Positions 1 through 11,367 are shown, counted from the first letter of the stretch. The stretch: 64,000 nt of DNA from Candidatus Spechtbacteria bacterium (GCA_016188605.1 JACPHP010000003.1:16400-80399); one strand, 5' to 3'. Made by a program: numbers and translations. Notes: a model not told the origin generated them from the letters alone.

Positions 1-33
1 ACATTTTTGCCTCCTTGGAAACCCTGCTTTTTC

Positions 34-1338
34 TTAATCTTGGGCAATCAGTACTTTGATAGCTTCAATGTTTTCTTCATCAGTTACGTCTCGACTAGAC
101 ATTTTATGAATCCTAAAAACATCTTTCTGCTCAATGAAATTTGCTCTTTTCACATATTCTTCAAATCGAGTATCTATATCCCTAGCCCAAGGACCTTTCA
201 TTACAGAAACCCCCATACGGTTAACATAACCAAGAATCTTTTTAATTTCCGGAATTGCTTGTGTGCCATCATCAAAGTCATCGCCGTCAGTGCCCTGAAA
301 AACATAAATGTTATAGTCTCTGGCCAGTCCTTCACCCTCAACAATTTCATTAATCTTTTTGTATCCCGAGGCAATTAAAGTTCCACCGCCCGCGCTTTGC
401 CGAAAATACCCCAGAGCTGAAACTTCTTTTGCACCCGTATCATGAACAATGAATCTGGGAATAACCAGACCCTCGTACTGGAACAAAAGCCAGGCATAAA
501 TCATTAGATGCTGTGTAACAACGGCTTTGGTCGGCTCGCCCATCATAGAGCCAGAATAATCTCTCAAGAAAAATACAATTGCCTGAGACTTCCATACCCG
601 TTCTCTTGATAGAACTCGATAAATTTTGTCTTGAGGTCCAACTATAAGCTTAGCAGGATCGATATTGCCTACATCCGCGCGGCCAAGCGCAACGTTTGTG
701 CGCACAATACGTAGAAGCGTAGCTTTTTTATCCAAAAGCTGACCTGAGCCAGGATGCCTGTCGGTCAGATCAAAGATATATTCGTCGGTTGGAACTTTCT
801 TGCCTTTATCTTTGAGATTAGGCAGCTTGAACTCTTCCGAAAGTTTCTTGCCTAGCTCGTAGGCCTCACTCTCAACACCATGATTGCCGTCACCTTGGCC
901 GGCTCGCGGATCATCTCCCTCTTCATCGCCATCACCTTCGCCATCGCCAAGGGTCGCGTAGCCAATAACATCTCCAACTTCGCCCTCTCCCTGTCCTACT
1001 ATATCAGGGAAATCATCATCTTCTTCTTCATTAGGTTCAAAATCTCCATGAATTAATTGCTCTTCTTCCACATACGGCACCATTATGATTCGTCCTGGGC
1101 CTGCAAGTGTCCTACGGATTTTAATCTTCTTGGGGAATCCGTCTTTTTCTCTTTGCGCATCTATCTGTAGAAGATCATCGAGCGACACTAGCGACATTAC
1201 TGGGCTAGGGGTGGAAGATGCGTATAAGCCAAGTTTGTGCATATACCGTAATATTGCCGATCGCTTCATGCCATCAATATCAGATTCTGTCATAAAATCA
1301 TTTTTCATTGCACCTGCCTCCTTCGTAGCGCTACGCAC
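34..1338 (-). CDS. yeaH: YeaH/YhbH-like DUF444 protein with vWA-like region (paralog 1)
   Basis: 434 aa. Blocks matching E. coli YeaH: LPNLK..., FFLRDYSGSM, GGGT, YVFQGTDGDD. Acidic G/D/E-rich linker. Confidence 0.8.
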   Translation of the reverse strand: MRSATKEAGAMKNDFMTESDIDGMKRSAILRYMHKLGLYASSTPSPVMSLVSLDDLLQIDAQREKDGFPKKIKIRRTLAGPGRIIMVPYVEEEQLIHGDFEPNEEEDDDFPDIVGQGEGEVGDVIGYATLGDGEGDGDEEGDDPRAGQGDGNHGVESEAYELGKKLSEEFKLPNLKDKGKKVPTDEYIFDLTDRHPGSGQLLDKKATLLRIVRTNVALGRADVGNIDPAKLIVGPQDKIYRVLSRERVWKSQAIVFFLRDYSGSMMGEPTKAVVTQHLMIYAWLLFQYEGLVIPRFIVHDTGAKEVSALGYFRQSAGGGTLIASGYKKINEIVEGEGLARDYNIYVFQGTDGDDFDDGTQAIPEIKKILGYVNRMGVSVMKGPWARDIDTRFEEYVKRANFIEQKDVFRIHKMSSRDVTDEENIEAIKVLIAQD

Positions 1339-1409
1339 GACATCGCAATAAACTTACAAATAGATAAAATGAGCCGGACCTATGCCCGGCTCATTCTTGG
1401 GTTTTTATT

Positions 1410-3479
1410 TTATGCCTCATCTTCCTTGGTGCAGAAGTATTCAATAGTCTTCTGAGCGCAAGTCGAACAGTAATTCAACTTATCTAGCATGGTTCCAATC
1501 ATCCTATTGCGAATCTTAGCATTTTCTTCATTGGTCGGATTAGCTAATGCGCCAACCAAGCTACCAGCTCCCGCAACATCAGATAGCAAACGCACGTCGG
1601 TTACGGCCTTAACTAAATCCTGGCTGTCCATGAAGTCATAATTTGGATCGACTCCAATTTTCTGGCCGTAAATCTTGCGAATCGTGTTTTGATACGACTC
1701 TTTGCGCTCTTTAGTTGTAAGGCCAAGCCGCGCCTCAACAGAATCAACGAACGTCTGATCGATCTTAATTGACTTAACTTCGCCAGTCTGTGGGTCGCGA
1801 TATCGCCACATTTTTTCCGGACCAAGACTCGCCGAGTCCATACCGATGACCATATTCACATATGCCAGAACATCCTTGCGAACTGCATCAGGGTCGTCGC
1901 GATAGGCATTAAAGATTGCGGTTTTTACCTGCTCACGATATAAACGCCGAGCAGTATCAAGATCCTTCATATACTTTTCACGATCAGTCGCTTCTGAAAC
2001 GTAATCAAGAATAATGCGTTTCAAGGCCGTAAATACATCCTTGGCAAACATGCACTGGCCTTCGTCGGTAGTTGTCATGGCGCCAAGAATCTGCAACGAC
2101 CTGCCAAGGTCACGATGTCCTAAACCCTTCTGCCCCCAACGCTTGGTAACATCGGGGCTCGCGTTAGCAACTTCTCTGACCTCAGCCAATGCTCCTACGC
2201 TTTTATCACCGGCAATCTCGCCAGCTTCAAGCTTCATTGTCTCAATAGGGGTCAACTTCGTAGAGTGCAGAAGCCGTGTTAGAACAACGCCAACAGAAGC
2301 AGCATAAATAAGGTTAGGATCCTGATGCATCGGCTCGCCTAGAATCGTAGTCCTAACGCCACCACCTAGAGAATACCCGGTCAATTCCTGCTGTAATTTG
2401 TAGTCGGTGTTGTGCGATACATAAACAATTCGGCAACGATCTTTGATTGGCGATTCATCTTTTTCTGATACGAACCTGTTATATGCCTCGTTGTTGCTAG
2501 TGGCAATAATCAAAGCATCGATAGGCCATATGAAACCGTCTACTTCGATGTTCCTGCTTTGGATAACCTGCAAGTAGATCTGAACCAGGTCTTTTTTATT
2601 CCTGAAAAGCTCATCGGAAAAATGAATACCGCTGCCAGCAACTCGAGCCAAAGCTCCTCGTTGCAAGTCAAACTTATTTGGATCACCCAATTTCAAAAGC
2701 AAAAGGTGCTGAAGAGATTCCTCTCCCAACAGGTCAACCGACGAAGAAGTAATTTTGTCTTTGGCCGAATATTTCCCGGTAACAGTACCTTGGCTCTCGC
2801 TCATTGGCACGGGAACAACGCAAATGTGCCGGAGCGCTTGCTCCACATTGCCGTCATAATGCTCGAGTAGCGCGCTCCACAGATATTCTGTTGAAGCGCC
2901 CAGTGGCCGTCTGTACGTGTAAAGACTATCAATAGCCCTGTCGCTAAAACCCATGCGAGCAATAAATTCCGCGCTTTCATCCTTATTACCCAAAAGGTTC
3001 ATTGCCAAGATCATAGGATCTTCAAAGTTTAAAGAGTGCAGATCTGCAGCTCTTGGATCATAACCAAGAGCATCATCCAGGCCTACGAACTTAAAAGTAT
3101 ATTTGCGGTTTCCAAGTACTGACAGAAACTGACGATAGTAAGAACATATATAATCCACGAAAGCGGTTTTACCGTTTCCAGGCTCACCAATTAGAACCAA
3201 TGCCATCTCTTTGGCCGATCCGCCTTCGGCAGCATCTTTAATGAAATGAACGCACTCATTAATTTCGTCGTACCAGCCAATAATGTGCCTCGACCCTTGC
3301 CGAAAAAACAAAAAATCATATACTGTTCTTCCACCACGAGAAAGCTTAATAAATCCTTTTTCCTGGATCATCCTATTAACACTTTGAGCTGCTGTTTCAA
3401 ACCTTCTATTTCCAGCCAAAAATTCTTGAGCATGGAAGTTTAAAGTCTTATTATCTGGCACTAGAAGTTTCTGCGACAT
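1410..3479 (-). CDS. prkA: PrkA family serine protein kinase with AAA+ N-domain (paralog 1)
   Basis: 689 aa. Walker A GEPGNGKT. Block IIATSNNEAYNRFVS...DRCRIVYVSHNTDY aligns with YeaG ILAHSNESEW...DRVYIVKVPY. Confidence 0.8.
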   Translation of the reverse strand: MSQKLLVPDNKTLNFHAQEFLAGNRRFETAAQSVNRMIQEKGFIKLSRGGRTVYDFLFFRQGSRHIIGWYDEINECVHFIKDAAEGGSAKEMALVLIGEPGNGKTAFVDYICSYYRQFLSVLGNRKYTFKFVGLDDALGYDPRAADLHSLNFEDPMILAMNLLGNKDESAEFIARMGFSDRAIDSLYTYRRPLGASTEYLWSALLEHYDGNVEQALRHICVVPVPMSESQGTVTGKYSAKDKITSSSVDLLGEESLQHLLLLKLGDPNKFDLQRGALARVAGSGIHFSDELFRNKKDLVQIYLQVIQSRNIEVDGFIWPIDALIIATSNNEAYNRFVSEKDESPIKDRCRIVYVSHNTDYKLQQELTGYSLGGGVRTTILGEPMHQDPNLIYAASVGVVLTRLLHSTKLTPIETMKLEAGEIAGDKSVGALAEVREVANASPDVTKRWGQKGLGHRDLGRSLQILGAMTTTDEGQCMFAKDVFTALKRIILDYVSEATDREKYMKDLDTARRLYREQVKTAIFNAYRDDPDAVRKDVLAYVNMVIGMDSASLGPEKMWRYRDPQTGEVKSIKIDQTFVDSVEARLGLTTKERKESYQNTIRKIYGQKIGVDPNYDFMDSQDLVKAVTDVRLLSDVAGAGSLVGALANPTNEENAKIRNRMIGTMLDKLNYCSTCAQKTIEYFCTKEDEA

Positions 3480-3772
3480 GACTGGTCTCCTCCTTGCTTG
3501 GATATGAAATTATAAAAGATCGCAATTACTGGAAATAAAAAAGGGCATTATGAGAACATTGCCTCTGCAAATGTTAACCCTCCTCTTTAGAGACCCCTCC
3601 TCATTGAAAGAATCTCCTTAGGGATAGAGTCGACACCGAGAGAACGTCTCAGCTTGCCCTTTCCTTTCCAGGAATATCAAAGCTATTTGCTCTGACTAAT
3701 TACAGTGTAACGTGTGCCATAAAATTGTGTCAACTTCCCATTGGAAATAAATCATGTTTAAATTATTACAAA

Positions 3773-3800
3773 GTAAAACCCCCGCGGTTATGCGGGGATT
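3773..3800 (-). terminator. Hairpin cccccgcggttatgcggggg plus T-run downstream of spoVR (minus sense)
   Basis: GC stem and U-run read on the minus strand directly after the spoVR stop. Confidence 0.5.
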
Positions 3801-3805
3801 GTGTT

Positions 3806-5107
3806 TTAAAAATCTCTTATTCTAAATCCATTTTTTCTGTCATATGTATGTCGAATCACCCCTTTCTTCGTGGCAATGATTACTTCAATCGGAATTTTCC
3901 AAAGACTGTACATTAGCTCCAGAGCGCCCCTGAGCATTTTTGGCTCAAAGACCTTGCCCTGATAAGTGTGGAGTAGCACAAGCCGTCCTTCAGTATCAGG
4001 TGTTTTTACAATACGAACTGGAAGATTGGGCGCGTATCCTAAACATTCAATGAATCTATCGCTGACTTTTTTCCATCCTCTTTCATCGGAAATATCAGTG
4101 ATGCGAATCCGCTCTGCAACTAAATAAATTTCTTCGTGTTCGTCACCCGGCGCGGGACTCCAAGAAAAAAGACTGTTCTCTTGCGCAATTTTTTGATCGA
4201 GGAACCGCGCAACAAATGTCACATCGTGCATAGTATCGCGCGCATGAAATAATGCTTCCCTGCCGTAATTGCTGTCAATCGCCTCAAAAAGCACGGACCC
4301 TATTTGCTGTAAATTCAAACTTCCTGGTTTGGGAAATGCGACAGTCTCTTCATGCGCCTGCCTGCATTGCGCGAAAAGATCGTCTGATACACCCGCCGCC
4401 TCCACGATGCGCGTCGCAAAAAAAGAAGCGTATCCTGCCATCATTAACTTTGTTTCTATTCGCGGCAATAACCATTTCCATTCATCGTGCACAATGCGCA
4501 AAATATCTTTCTGCCAATTCTCCAGGACCGTACTTGCAAAAATTGTCTCTTCAAGCAAATCGCACGTCTTGTCCCCCCAAAGCGCGGAATGCGAGCATTG
4601 ATAGCGCATTGCATGCGCTGCTGTCAAAACATGCTCCACTTTCTCATATCCTATAGCGTCGTCATTTCTATATTGGCTAATACGTTCTGAGTTTGTCCGC
4701 GACCTATCCCATACATCGTCTGGCACATTGAACCAAGCACGATTATGGCTTACAAAATCGTTCAGCGCAAGAAAGTATGCCAAAAAAAACAGCTGGCCCC
4801 CGAGAGAAAAATCATACGGCATAAACGCGCGAGGCTCTATGCCCATCGCCATCAAGTCACAAAAATAAATTCTCTTTCCGTGATGGAAAAAATCTGCATT
4901 TTTGCCAAACGACCAATGGCTATATTTGCGCGGCCCGCCGTTCATTGCTGCTACGGCTTCTTGCTGGCGTTTATTTACTATATATATAGTAGGATCGTTT
5001 GCCGGCACGCTCAAATTCATACCTATGGCAGCTTGCTTAAACTGCTCGTAATAATCTACGAGTATGTTATTGCTCATTACCACTTCTCCTCTTTTCGCAA
5101 AACTCAA
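3806..5107 (-). CDS. spoVR: SpoVR/YcgB family protein
   Basis: 433 aa. KYSHWSFGKN matches YcgB YTHWSFGKKY. True start is probably the internal Met at about 5077, given the overlap with the upstream gene. Confidence 0.8.
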   Translation of the reverse strand: MSFAKRGEVVMSNNILVDYYEQFKQAAIGMNLSVPANDPTIYIVNKRQQEAVAAMNGGPRKYSHWSFGKNADFFHHGKRIYFCDLMAMGIEPRAFMPYDFSLGGQLFFLAYFLALNDFVSHNRAWFNVPDDVWDRSRTNSERISQYRNDDAIGYEKVEHVLTAAHAMRYQCSHSALWGDKTCDLLEETIFASTVLENWQKDILRIVHDEWKWLLPRIETKLMMAGYASFFATRIVEAAGVSDDLFAQCRQAHEETVAFPKPGSLNLQQIGSVLFEAIDSNYGREALFHARDTMHDVTFVARFLDQKIAQENSLFSWSPAPGDEHEEIYLVAERIRITDISDERGWKKVSDRFIECLGYAPNLPVRIVKTPDTEGRLVLLHTYQGKVFEPKMLRGALELMYSLWKIPIEVIIATKKGVIRHTYDRKNGFRIRDF

Positions 5108-6578
5108 TCAATAGCGTAAATGCTTTGCCCGCGCCCTCATGATCTCCAAAGCGCGCTGCGACAATATTGCCTTGACCCCGAGAAGCCACATCTAGAAATT
5201 CTTTGATAGCGGTGAAAGAACCGGTCGGCGATTTGGTCTTTGGATCACGTATCGTCCCATCACCATCCACGCATACAAGCGAACTGGCAGCTCGCCCCAT
5301 AAACGGATCGTAGTCCGAATAATTAGGGCCGATATGCCCCACTTCAAAATATCCCATAATATCGGTAACTAACGCCAGTCTTGCAATTGCTTCGCTTAGA
5401 ATGGCTGGATTCTTATCTTCCTCTTCTTGTTTTTCGCCATCGCTTAAAATAAACACGAATTTATTCCATTCAATGCCGGAATATTCCTTTTCCAGAATAT
5501 TTAATGCCATGTTAAGGCCACTGGAAATAATTGTCCCGCCGTTCGCAAAGCGATGGAAAAATTCCCATTCCGCTTTTTCGCCCGCATGGCGCTTGGCTTC
5601 TCTATCAAACGTAATAAAAACCAAATCGACGCGATCGTGTTCCATGCGAATTGCGCGAAGAAGATGCATGCAGAATACGCGAATAAGATTTAAGATTTCT
5701 TCTTTTCTCGTGCTATGTGAAGCGTCTCTCACAAAAATCACCACGGCATTGCTTTTATATTCCTCTCTGGATTCATGACGAATATAGCGCAGGTCTTCTT
5801 CGCTAAAATCATCGTCCCCATCGCCAATGCGCTCCATTCTTTTTTCAGATGTCTTGCGTTTGTGCAGCTGTGCTTGCGGACCGCGCATTCTCACGCCATA
5901 GGGACGACCTTTCGTACGAACTCGCAAGGCGCCTAAATTTGTTGTGCGCAAAAGAGGAAGATGGAATTGCTCAGCTATCGCATCAAGCAGTTGCTCAATC
6001 CGCACATTTTCCTCAAAAGCAACGCCTTCAGGATTTACACCCGCCCCCTGCGCCCCGTCAGTGAATTCTGGATCCATTTCATCATCGGGCCAGTGCGGAA
6101 AATCCATTTTCTCTGATTCTTGACCGGCTTCTGTAATAGGCACGCGTCCGAGTTCTTCTCCTCTACGAGCCGTCTTACTCTGGCCCACCCCAGAGCTCTG
6201 CTCGCCAAAACGTGAAGGCTTCTTTTTATTGCTGCTCGGACTTTGTGGCATCTCGCCTCGTTCATCGTTTCCGCCAGCAAATTCGCCGCTACCTTGTACC
6301 TGCTCTTGAGACTCCATAACCAAATCACTATACTCTTCTGCTTCATAACTCCACTCGTCGCCCGCATGATCCACGAACAACAAGCGCGATTCAGGAAGCG
6401 CAGGAACCTTGAGGGATATAATCCCGCCAGTCAAAATCCTGGTCAGCCCCACTTCATTTATTTCCATAAGCCTTGATGCGTTAGCGAATATACCGACCAA
6501 CGCACGCGCTCGATGATCTTCTCTTTCATATGCTAACGGGTCTGGAGATTGCGCAATTGATATAACGCGCAAAGCCAT
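5067..6578 (-). CDS. YeaH-like DUF444/vWA protein (paralog 2)
   Basis: 503 aa. VVIFVRDASHST, FANGGTIISSGL and FVFILSDGE blocks match the YeaH vWA region. Confidence 0.75.
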   Translation of the reverse strand: MALRVISIAQSPDPLAYEREDHRARALVGIFANASRLMEINEVGLTRILTGGIISLKVPALPESRLLFVDHAGDEWSYEAEEYSDLVMESQEQVQGSGEFAGGNDERGEMPQSPSSNKKKPSRFGEQSSGVGQSKTARRGEELGRVPITEAGQESEKMDFPHWPDDEMDPEFTDGAQGAGVNPEGVAFEENVRIEQLLDAIAEQFHLPLLRTTNLGALRVRTKGRPYGVRMRGPQAQLHKRKTSEKRMERIGDGDDDFSEEDLRYIRHESREEYKSNAVVIFVRDASHSTRKEEILNLIRVFCMHLLRAIRMEHDRVDLVFITFDREAKRHAGEKAEWEFFHRFANGGTIISSGLNMALNILEKEYSGIEWNKFVFILSDGEKQEEEDKNPAILSEAIARLALVTDIMGYFEVGHIGPNYSDYDPFMGRAASSLVCVDGDGTIRDPKTKSPTGSFTAIKEFLDVASRGQGNIVAARFGDHEGAGKAFTLLIEFCEKRRSGNEQ

Positions 6579-6694
6579 TTCGTTCCTCCTTCAAAATTAG
6601 ATCTAAAAAATTAGGATATTACTTTTTTCTGCATTTCCGTAGACGAGATACGTGTGAGTAAAAAAGGGTGCTCCGAGCACCCTTTTATTTTAGT

Positions 6695-8596
6695 TTATGC
6701 TAACGGCTCGCAGGCCTTCTTAAGATTCCATGCAAAACATACCGGGCAATATTTTGTTAATCCTTTTCGTGCCCGCAAAGTATTTTTCTGCTCGCGCGAA
6801 ATTAAAGAACTTGAAAAAAACCAGGACATGATCTCGAGCACCCTGCTCATATTAGTTCTGTTATTTCCGTTGACGCGAGGGAGTCTATCCAACTCTTCAC
6901 GCAATTCAACTGCTATGTCTTGCGCGCTTCGCATACGATTTACTTCCTTAAAAATTTCAGGAATAAAGCCTGTTTCTGTTAGATGGTTAATAAAAGATTC
7001 TCGCGCGCGCCTTTCAAATTCAACCGCGAGAAACCCATTAACAGCATCGCGCATACGAGTAAGCCATACACGCTCGTCGCCCTTTGTGCGCACAAGTCGA
7101 TTGGTCAATGACTTTGTCAGTGATGCGCGCGCGTCATCAAGTGTAACACAAGTTGCCTGTTGCTCCTCGCCGCTCAGAACACCCGGCATTTCTACGCGGC
7201 TGAATGACGACTCCAGCGCCCTCTGCAAGAATCGCGTGGAAAAACCTTGGAACCCTTCGTCGGGGTGATTTGCCCTGCGCTCCGCAACACGTTCTTCAGA
7301 ACCCTCTCCCCCATCACCATCAAGAAGTTTTAACAGCGCGAATACTTCATCAGGCTTCATTGGCACAGTTTTGTCAGATTTTACTTCTTCTTCAATGCGC
7401 GAGTATACCGCAACTGATGCTAAGAAGTCTTCTGTTTCTGGAGCACGATGCGCGCGAACAGAACGCTGGCGTAAAATTTTATCGTGAATTTTTCTATCTT
7501 CACTGACAGCCATTGCGTAACGCACGGGCTGAACAACCATTCTATCGAAAAGCGCTTCCTGATCAGGATTGCGGCTTTGCCTTTCAAACTCAGACAAATT
7601 GGAGTGTGCGATAATTACAAAATCTGAAGACATAGTGGTACGATATCCCGGGGAGGGGTACCGATCGTCTTCCGTGGCAATAAGCATAAGATGGAGAGCT
7701 TCTTGAGGAGCCTTAAACATCTCAATCCACTCAATGACTCCGCCGGTTCCTCTATTAAATGCGCCACTAAAATTCATAAGCCTGGCTGAACCTGCGTCAT
7801 ATTGACTCATTAAACGAATTTTCTCACTGCCAATAAGAATTTCGATACCCATTGTATTGGGGTCAAATGGCGGAATCTTTACAAGTCCTTGACCGCGCCG
7901 CGCGGAAATTCTTTTTGTTACAATCGGAGTATCTTCCCATTTATTCCCAAGCCCCGACAAATGTTCGCTACACACTGGGCATACGTCTTTTGTAGGATGA
8001 ATGGCGTGACCAATCTCGCGCGAAATTTTCCCGCGGAGATGAAGCGGAATTGCCCAGAGCGGGGAATGATTAACGGGGCACTGCTCACTATCGGGCCATT
8101 GAATGACAAACATCGCGTCATCAACAATAAGCTGCTGAACAGCTTCTACAAAACGCGACTTGCCAACCCCGACTCCGCCCTTCAAAAAGAATATATTTCT
8201 GGAGGTAATACCACCCTGCGCCGCGTTACTCAAAAAAAGATAAAATTCGTTGAGCACTTCCTCAAAATCGAAAAAAGATTGCGCCAAATACGTAGGAATA
8301 ATCAACTGGGAAAGCGGTCCTTCTTTAGAAAGACCGAGCGCTCGCGCGCGCCGCGGATTTGTTTCGTGACTTACGATAGTAAGCGCTGGCACGCCCTCGG
8401 GCAATCCCGGGGGATTAACGCACACACGTCTAAAAATCCTTTGAGCCGCATTATCAAATACCCATGGCTCGCTACTGCCAAGCTCAAGAAACCCTAATAT
8501 TGACCCCCTCCAATCCTCCCATCTCGACTTTGCCGCCGCACGCTCCTTGCGGTCTTCATCAATAAGCTTTTTAAGCGACTGAATAATGGCGCCCAT
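6695..8596 (-). CDS. prkA: PrkA/YeaG family protein kinase (paralog 2, YeaG-like)
   Basis: 633 aa. GGVGVGKS Walker A; IEWIEMFKAPQEALHLMLIATEDD...FVIIAHSNLSEFE matches YeaG MEFVEMFKAPIKVLHPLLTATQEG...GIILAHSNESEW. Confidence 0.8.
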   Translation of the reverse strand: MGAIIQSLKKLIDEDRKERAAAKSRWEDWRGSILGFLELGSSEPWVFDNAAQRIFRRVCVNPPGLPEGVPALTIVSHETNPRRARALGLSKEGPLSQLIIPTYLAQSFFDFEEVLNEFYLFLSNAAQGGITSRNIFFLKGGVGVGKSRFVEAVQQLIVDDAMFVIQWPDSEQCPVNHSPLWAIPLHLRGKISREIGHAIHPTKDVCPVCSEHLSGLGNKWEDTPIVTKRISARRGQGLVKIPPFDPNTMGIEILIGSEKIRLMSQYDAGSARLMNFSGAFNRGTGGVIEWIEMFKAPQEALHLMLIATEDDRYPSPGYRTTMSSDFVIIAHSNLSEFERQSRNPDQEALFDRMVVQPVRYAMAVSEDRKIHDKILRQRSVRAHRAPETEDFLASVAVYSRIEEEVKSDKTVPMKPDEVFALLKLLDGDGGEGSEERVAERRANHPDEGFQGFSTRFLQRALESSFSRVEMPGVLSGEEQQATCVTLDDARASLTKSLTNRLVRTKGDERVWLTRMRDAVNGFLAVEFERRARESFINHLTETGFIPEIFKEVNRMRSAQDIAVELREELDRLPRVNGNNRTNMSRVLEIMSWFFSSSLISREQKNTLRARKGLTKYCPVCFAWNLKKACEPLA

Positions 8597-8850
8597 TTAT
8601 CCTCCCATCTTTTCCACAAATCATGCCTTAGCATTTCTTGCTACAAGCGCACTAAAGCACAAGTTGTAAAAGTACGTGACTGGCTACATTATAGATAGAA
8701 ACGATAATTATGCAATGGCTATATATTTTTTCAAGCTTACGCGTAAGGCATGCACATGTATCTAGACAAATAAATCAAGGCGTTATATAACTGCAAAAGT
8801 TACGTTTCTTAACAACAGACATCCAACACAATAGCAAGGAGGAAAATGTA

Positions 8851-11367
8851 GTGCGTCTACGTAGTGGACCTAGGATTCTAGCTCCAGAGGAACTTTACGG
8901 CCGATGCGATCCTGCAAAATTTGCAGATAACTCTAGCGCCAAAGGTCCTCCTGTCGGATTCATTGGTCAAGAAAACGCATGTGCGTCGTTAGAGTTCGGA
9001 CTCACAGAGCTTACGGATGGCTACAATATCATGGTTATTAATCCCAACAGCGGAAGTCGGCGTTCGGTGTTGCGCGAAGTTGTGCGAGAAATTTTGAACA
9101 CCCACTCCTTGCCTTATGAACTGCATGATTATTGCTACGTGCACAATTTTGCAACTCCGGAGCGCCCATCTCTAGTCATACTGCCCGCGGGGCGAGGCAA
9201 GACCTTCCACAGAGACGTATTGGGATTATTCCAAATGCTTTCGCGGCAAATCCCCGAAGTTATGTCTAGCTTTGTCACAATTCAAAGCACGCAGGCGATA
9301 CAAGACGAATGCGAGGGGCAAATCACTAATCGAATAGCAGCGTTCAGTATGATAGCCGAACAATCCGGACTGACAGTATATCAACGCACCAATCCTCAAG
9401 ATGGTCATGGAATAATTGAGCTAGTAGGCATTGAACCTGCAATAAATCCGGAAACCTTTGAGCCTGTTATGACTCAAGATGGGAGACCACAGTTTGTTCG
9501 CGTCAAACTGCTTGATTGGGTGTGGAATAGAAATCTTAGTGACGACCAACGCTCTTGGCGCCACCAAACGGCCACTCTTTGGGGTGCGCGATTTCAGGAA
9601 TTGTCACGTCTAATTTCTTCTCTAAAACAACAGACGAGAAAAAAGATTGATCGCCATCACAAACAACTGATTAACAATATAGCGGAAAACTCGACAGAAT
9701 CATCGTCCTTGCGATCGCTGCGCGAAAATTATCCGGAAGCAAGGGAATATCTTACAGCATTGCGACGATATATTTTTGCTCATATCAATGAGTTTATGAG
9801 CCAGGGAAAAGATGATGGGGAGGAAGATTCTTCTAGCCAAGTGATTCCGATTCCTTTCGTCGTAAATGTCTATGTGGAAAATGATCCTGCGCAAACGCAG
9901 ACGCCTATAATTAAGCCAAGCGATTTTACCCCGGCAAAATTTATTGGCACATTCAACACAGGACGTATGCCGAATGGCATGCCTCACATGGACCATACTA
10001 AAATGACTGCCGGCGATGTGGCGCGAGCAAATGGCTGCGTACTCATTATAGATGATGCGCTGCTTAAAAGCTCAAGGGGCGCTGTGCTGTGGCGGTGGTT
10101 AATTAAAACGCTGCATAATAAAACAATTGAACCTGAAGATGATACGGCTGGCGCCAATGAACTGCTGGGAATATCCAGCAGCACTAACTTCCGCCCACAG
10201 CTAATCCCGCTACAAATAAAAGTTGTCTTTCTTGTTGATCGCCGCATATACTACGATGTGCTCGTAAAAAATGTGGCCGATCAATTAGATGACTGCTTCC
10301 GTGTGCAGGCAGAACTATCTGACACAGCGCCTCGAACAGACGATAATGAAATGAAGTACAAGGCGTTTATCGATGACTGCCAGAAAGCCGCGGGGCTGTT
10401 GCCGTTTGACGCAACGGCCATAGCGCAAATTGTCCAGTACAGCTCGCGAATGTCTGGCGATAAGGAAGATCTTGCGCTTGATATGCGCGAAGTGAAAGCA
10501 ATCTGTCTTGAAGCAAATCGCGTGGCACTTGATGCCAAGGCAAGCATTGTTACCAGGGAGCATGTCCAGCAAGGCGCTCAGAGAAAGCGTAAAAGGACAT
10601 CACTTGTACGAAATAAGATGTTTCAGCTTATCGAGCGAGATATGATAATCATTCACACCGAAGGCAAAGAAGTTGGACGAGGCAATGGCCTTGCTGTGTT
10701 CAACACCATTAATGATCAGTTTGGATTGCCTATGACCGTAACATCACGTAAATTCTATGGTTCCGGCTTTAGTGTGCTGTTCCTAGATAGCCAAGCAAAA
10801 GCTACGGGCAAATCTTTCGAAAAGGCTGCCGGCACAATCGAAACCCTGCTTAAGGCCCGCTACGGAGAGTATCGAAACTTTCCTATCGCCGTAAGTATCT
10901 CATTTGAGCAGAACTATGGCGGTATTGATGGCGACAGCGCTTCGGTTATCGAGTGGCTGGTTGCGGTTTCCGCTATCGGCAACATTCCCCTACGACAGGA
11001 TATTGCCATCACCGGCTCTCTGGGCCAACACGGCCAAGTACAGCCCATTGGTGGTGTCAATGAAAAAATTGAAGGATTCTTCGATGTCTGCTCAAGCAGA
11101 GGACTAAATGGCCAGGTGGTGCTAATTCCAGAACACAATGTTCGGAACCTAGCTCTTCGTCATGATGTAGTTGAGGCATGCGCGCTGGGTAAATTCCACG
11201 TGATGGCCTACAGCACTCCGGAACAGGTGATGGAGTTTGCCAGTGGCATCTCGATGGAAGAAGTCGATAAGATGAGCAACGACGCGATTGAGCAAGCAAT
11301 CGCCCGCGCCAAAGAACAGAAAGAGAAAGCGGGCACTACTGCTAAGGATGAAAAAACAGAACAATAG
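8851..11367 (+). CDS. Lon-like S16 peptidase with degenerate AAA-like domain (paralog A)
   Basis: 838 aa. GTG start with AGGAGG RBS. C-terminal DGDSAS...IGGVNEKIEGF fits the Lon Ser-Lys dyad region (GPSAG...IGGLKEK). No intact GxxxxGK[ST] Walker A (NPNSGSRRS). Confidence 0.7.
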   Translation: MRLRSGPRILAPEELYGRCDPAKFADNSSAKGPPVGFIGQENACASLEFGLTELTDGYNIMVINPNSGSRRSVLREVVREILNTHSLPYELHDYCYVHNFATPERPSLVILPAGRGKTFHRDVLGLFQMLSRQIPEVMSSFVTIQSTQAIQDECEGQITNRIAAFSMIAEQSGLTVYQRTNPQDGHGIIELVGIEPAINPETFEPVMTQDGRPQFVRVKLLDWVWNRNLSDDQRSWRHQTATLWGARFQELSRLISSLKQQTRKKIDRHHKQLINNIAENSTESSSLRSLRENYPEAREYLTALRRYIFAHINEFMSQGKDDGEEDSSSQVIPIPFVVNVYVENDPAQTQTPIIKPSDFTPAKFIGTFNTGRMPNGMPHMDHTKMTAGDVARANGCVLIIDDALLKSSRGAVLWRWLIKTLHNKTIEPEDDTAGANELLGISSSTNFRPQLIPLQIKVVFLVDRRIYYDVLVKNVADQLDDCFRVQAELSDTAPRTDDNEMKYKAFIDDCQKAAGLLPFDATAIAQIVQYSSRMSGDKEDLALDMREVKAICLEANRVALDAKASIVTREHVQQGAQRKRKRTSLVRNKMFQLIERDMIIIHTEGKEVGRGNGLAVFNTINDQFGLPMTVTSRKFYGSGFSVLFLDSQAKATGKSFEKAAGTIETLLKARYGEYRNFPIAVSISFEQNYGGIDGDSASVIEWLVAVSAIGNIPLRQDIAITGSLGQHGQVQPIGGVNEKIEGFFDVCSSRGLNGQVVLIPEHNVRNLALRHDVVEACALGKFHVMAYSTPEQVMEFASGISMEEVDKMSNDAIEQAIARAKEQKEKAGTTAKDEKTEQ

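Noticed and set aside
7-378. Plus-strand 123-aa ORF at the window start
   Set aside because: Lies entirely antisense to the well-supported YeaH-like gene, with no RBS or motif. Treated as a shadow ORF. The same applies to the other short antisense ORFs listed inside prkA, lon-like, gyrA and nrdJ.
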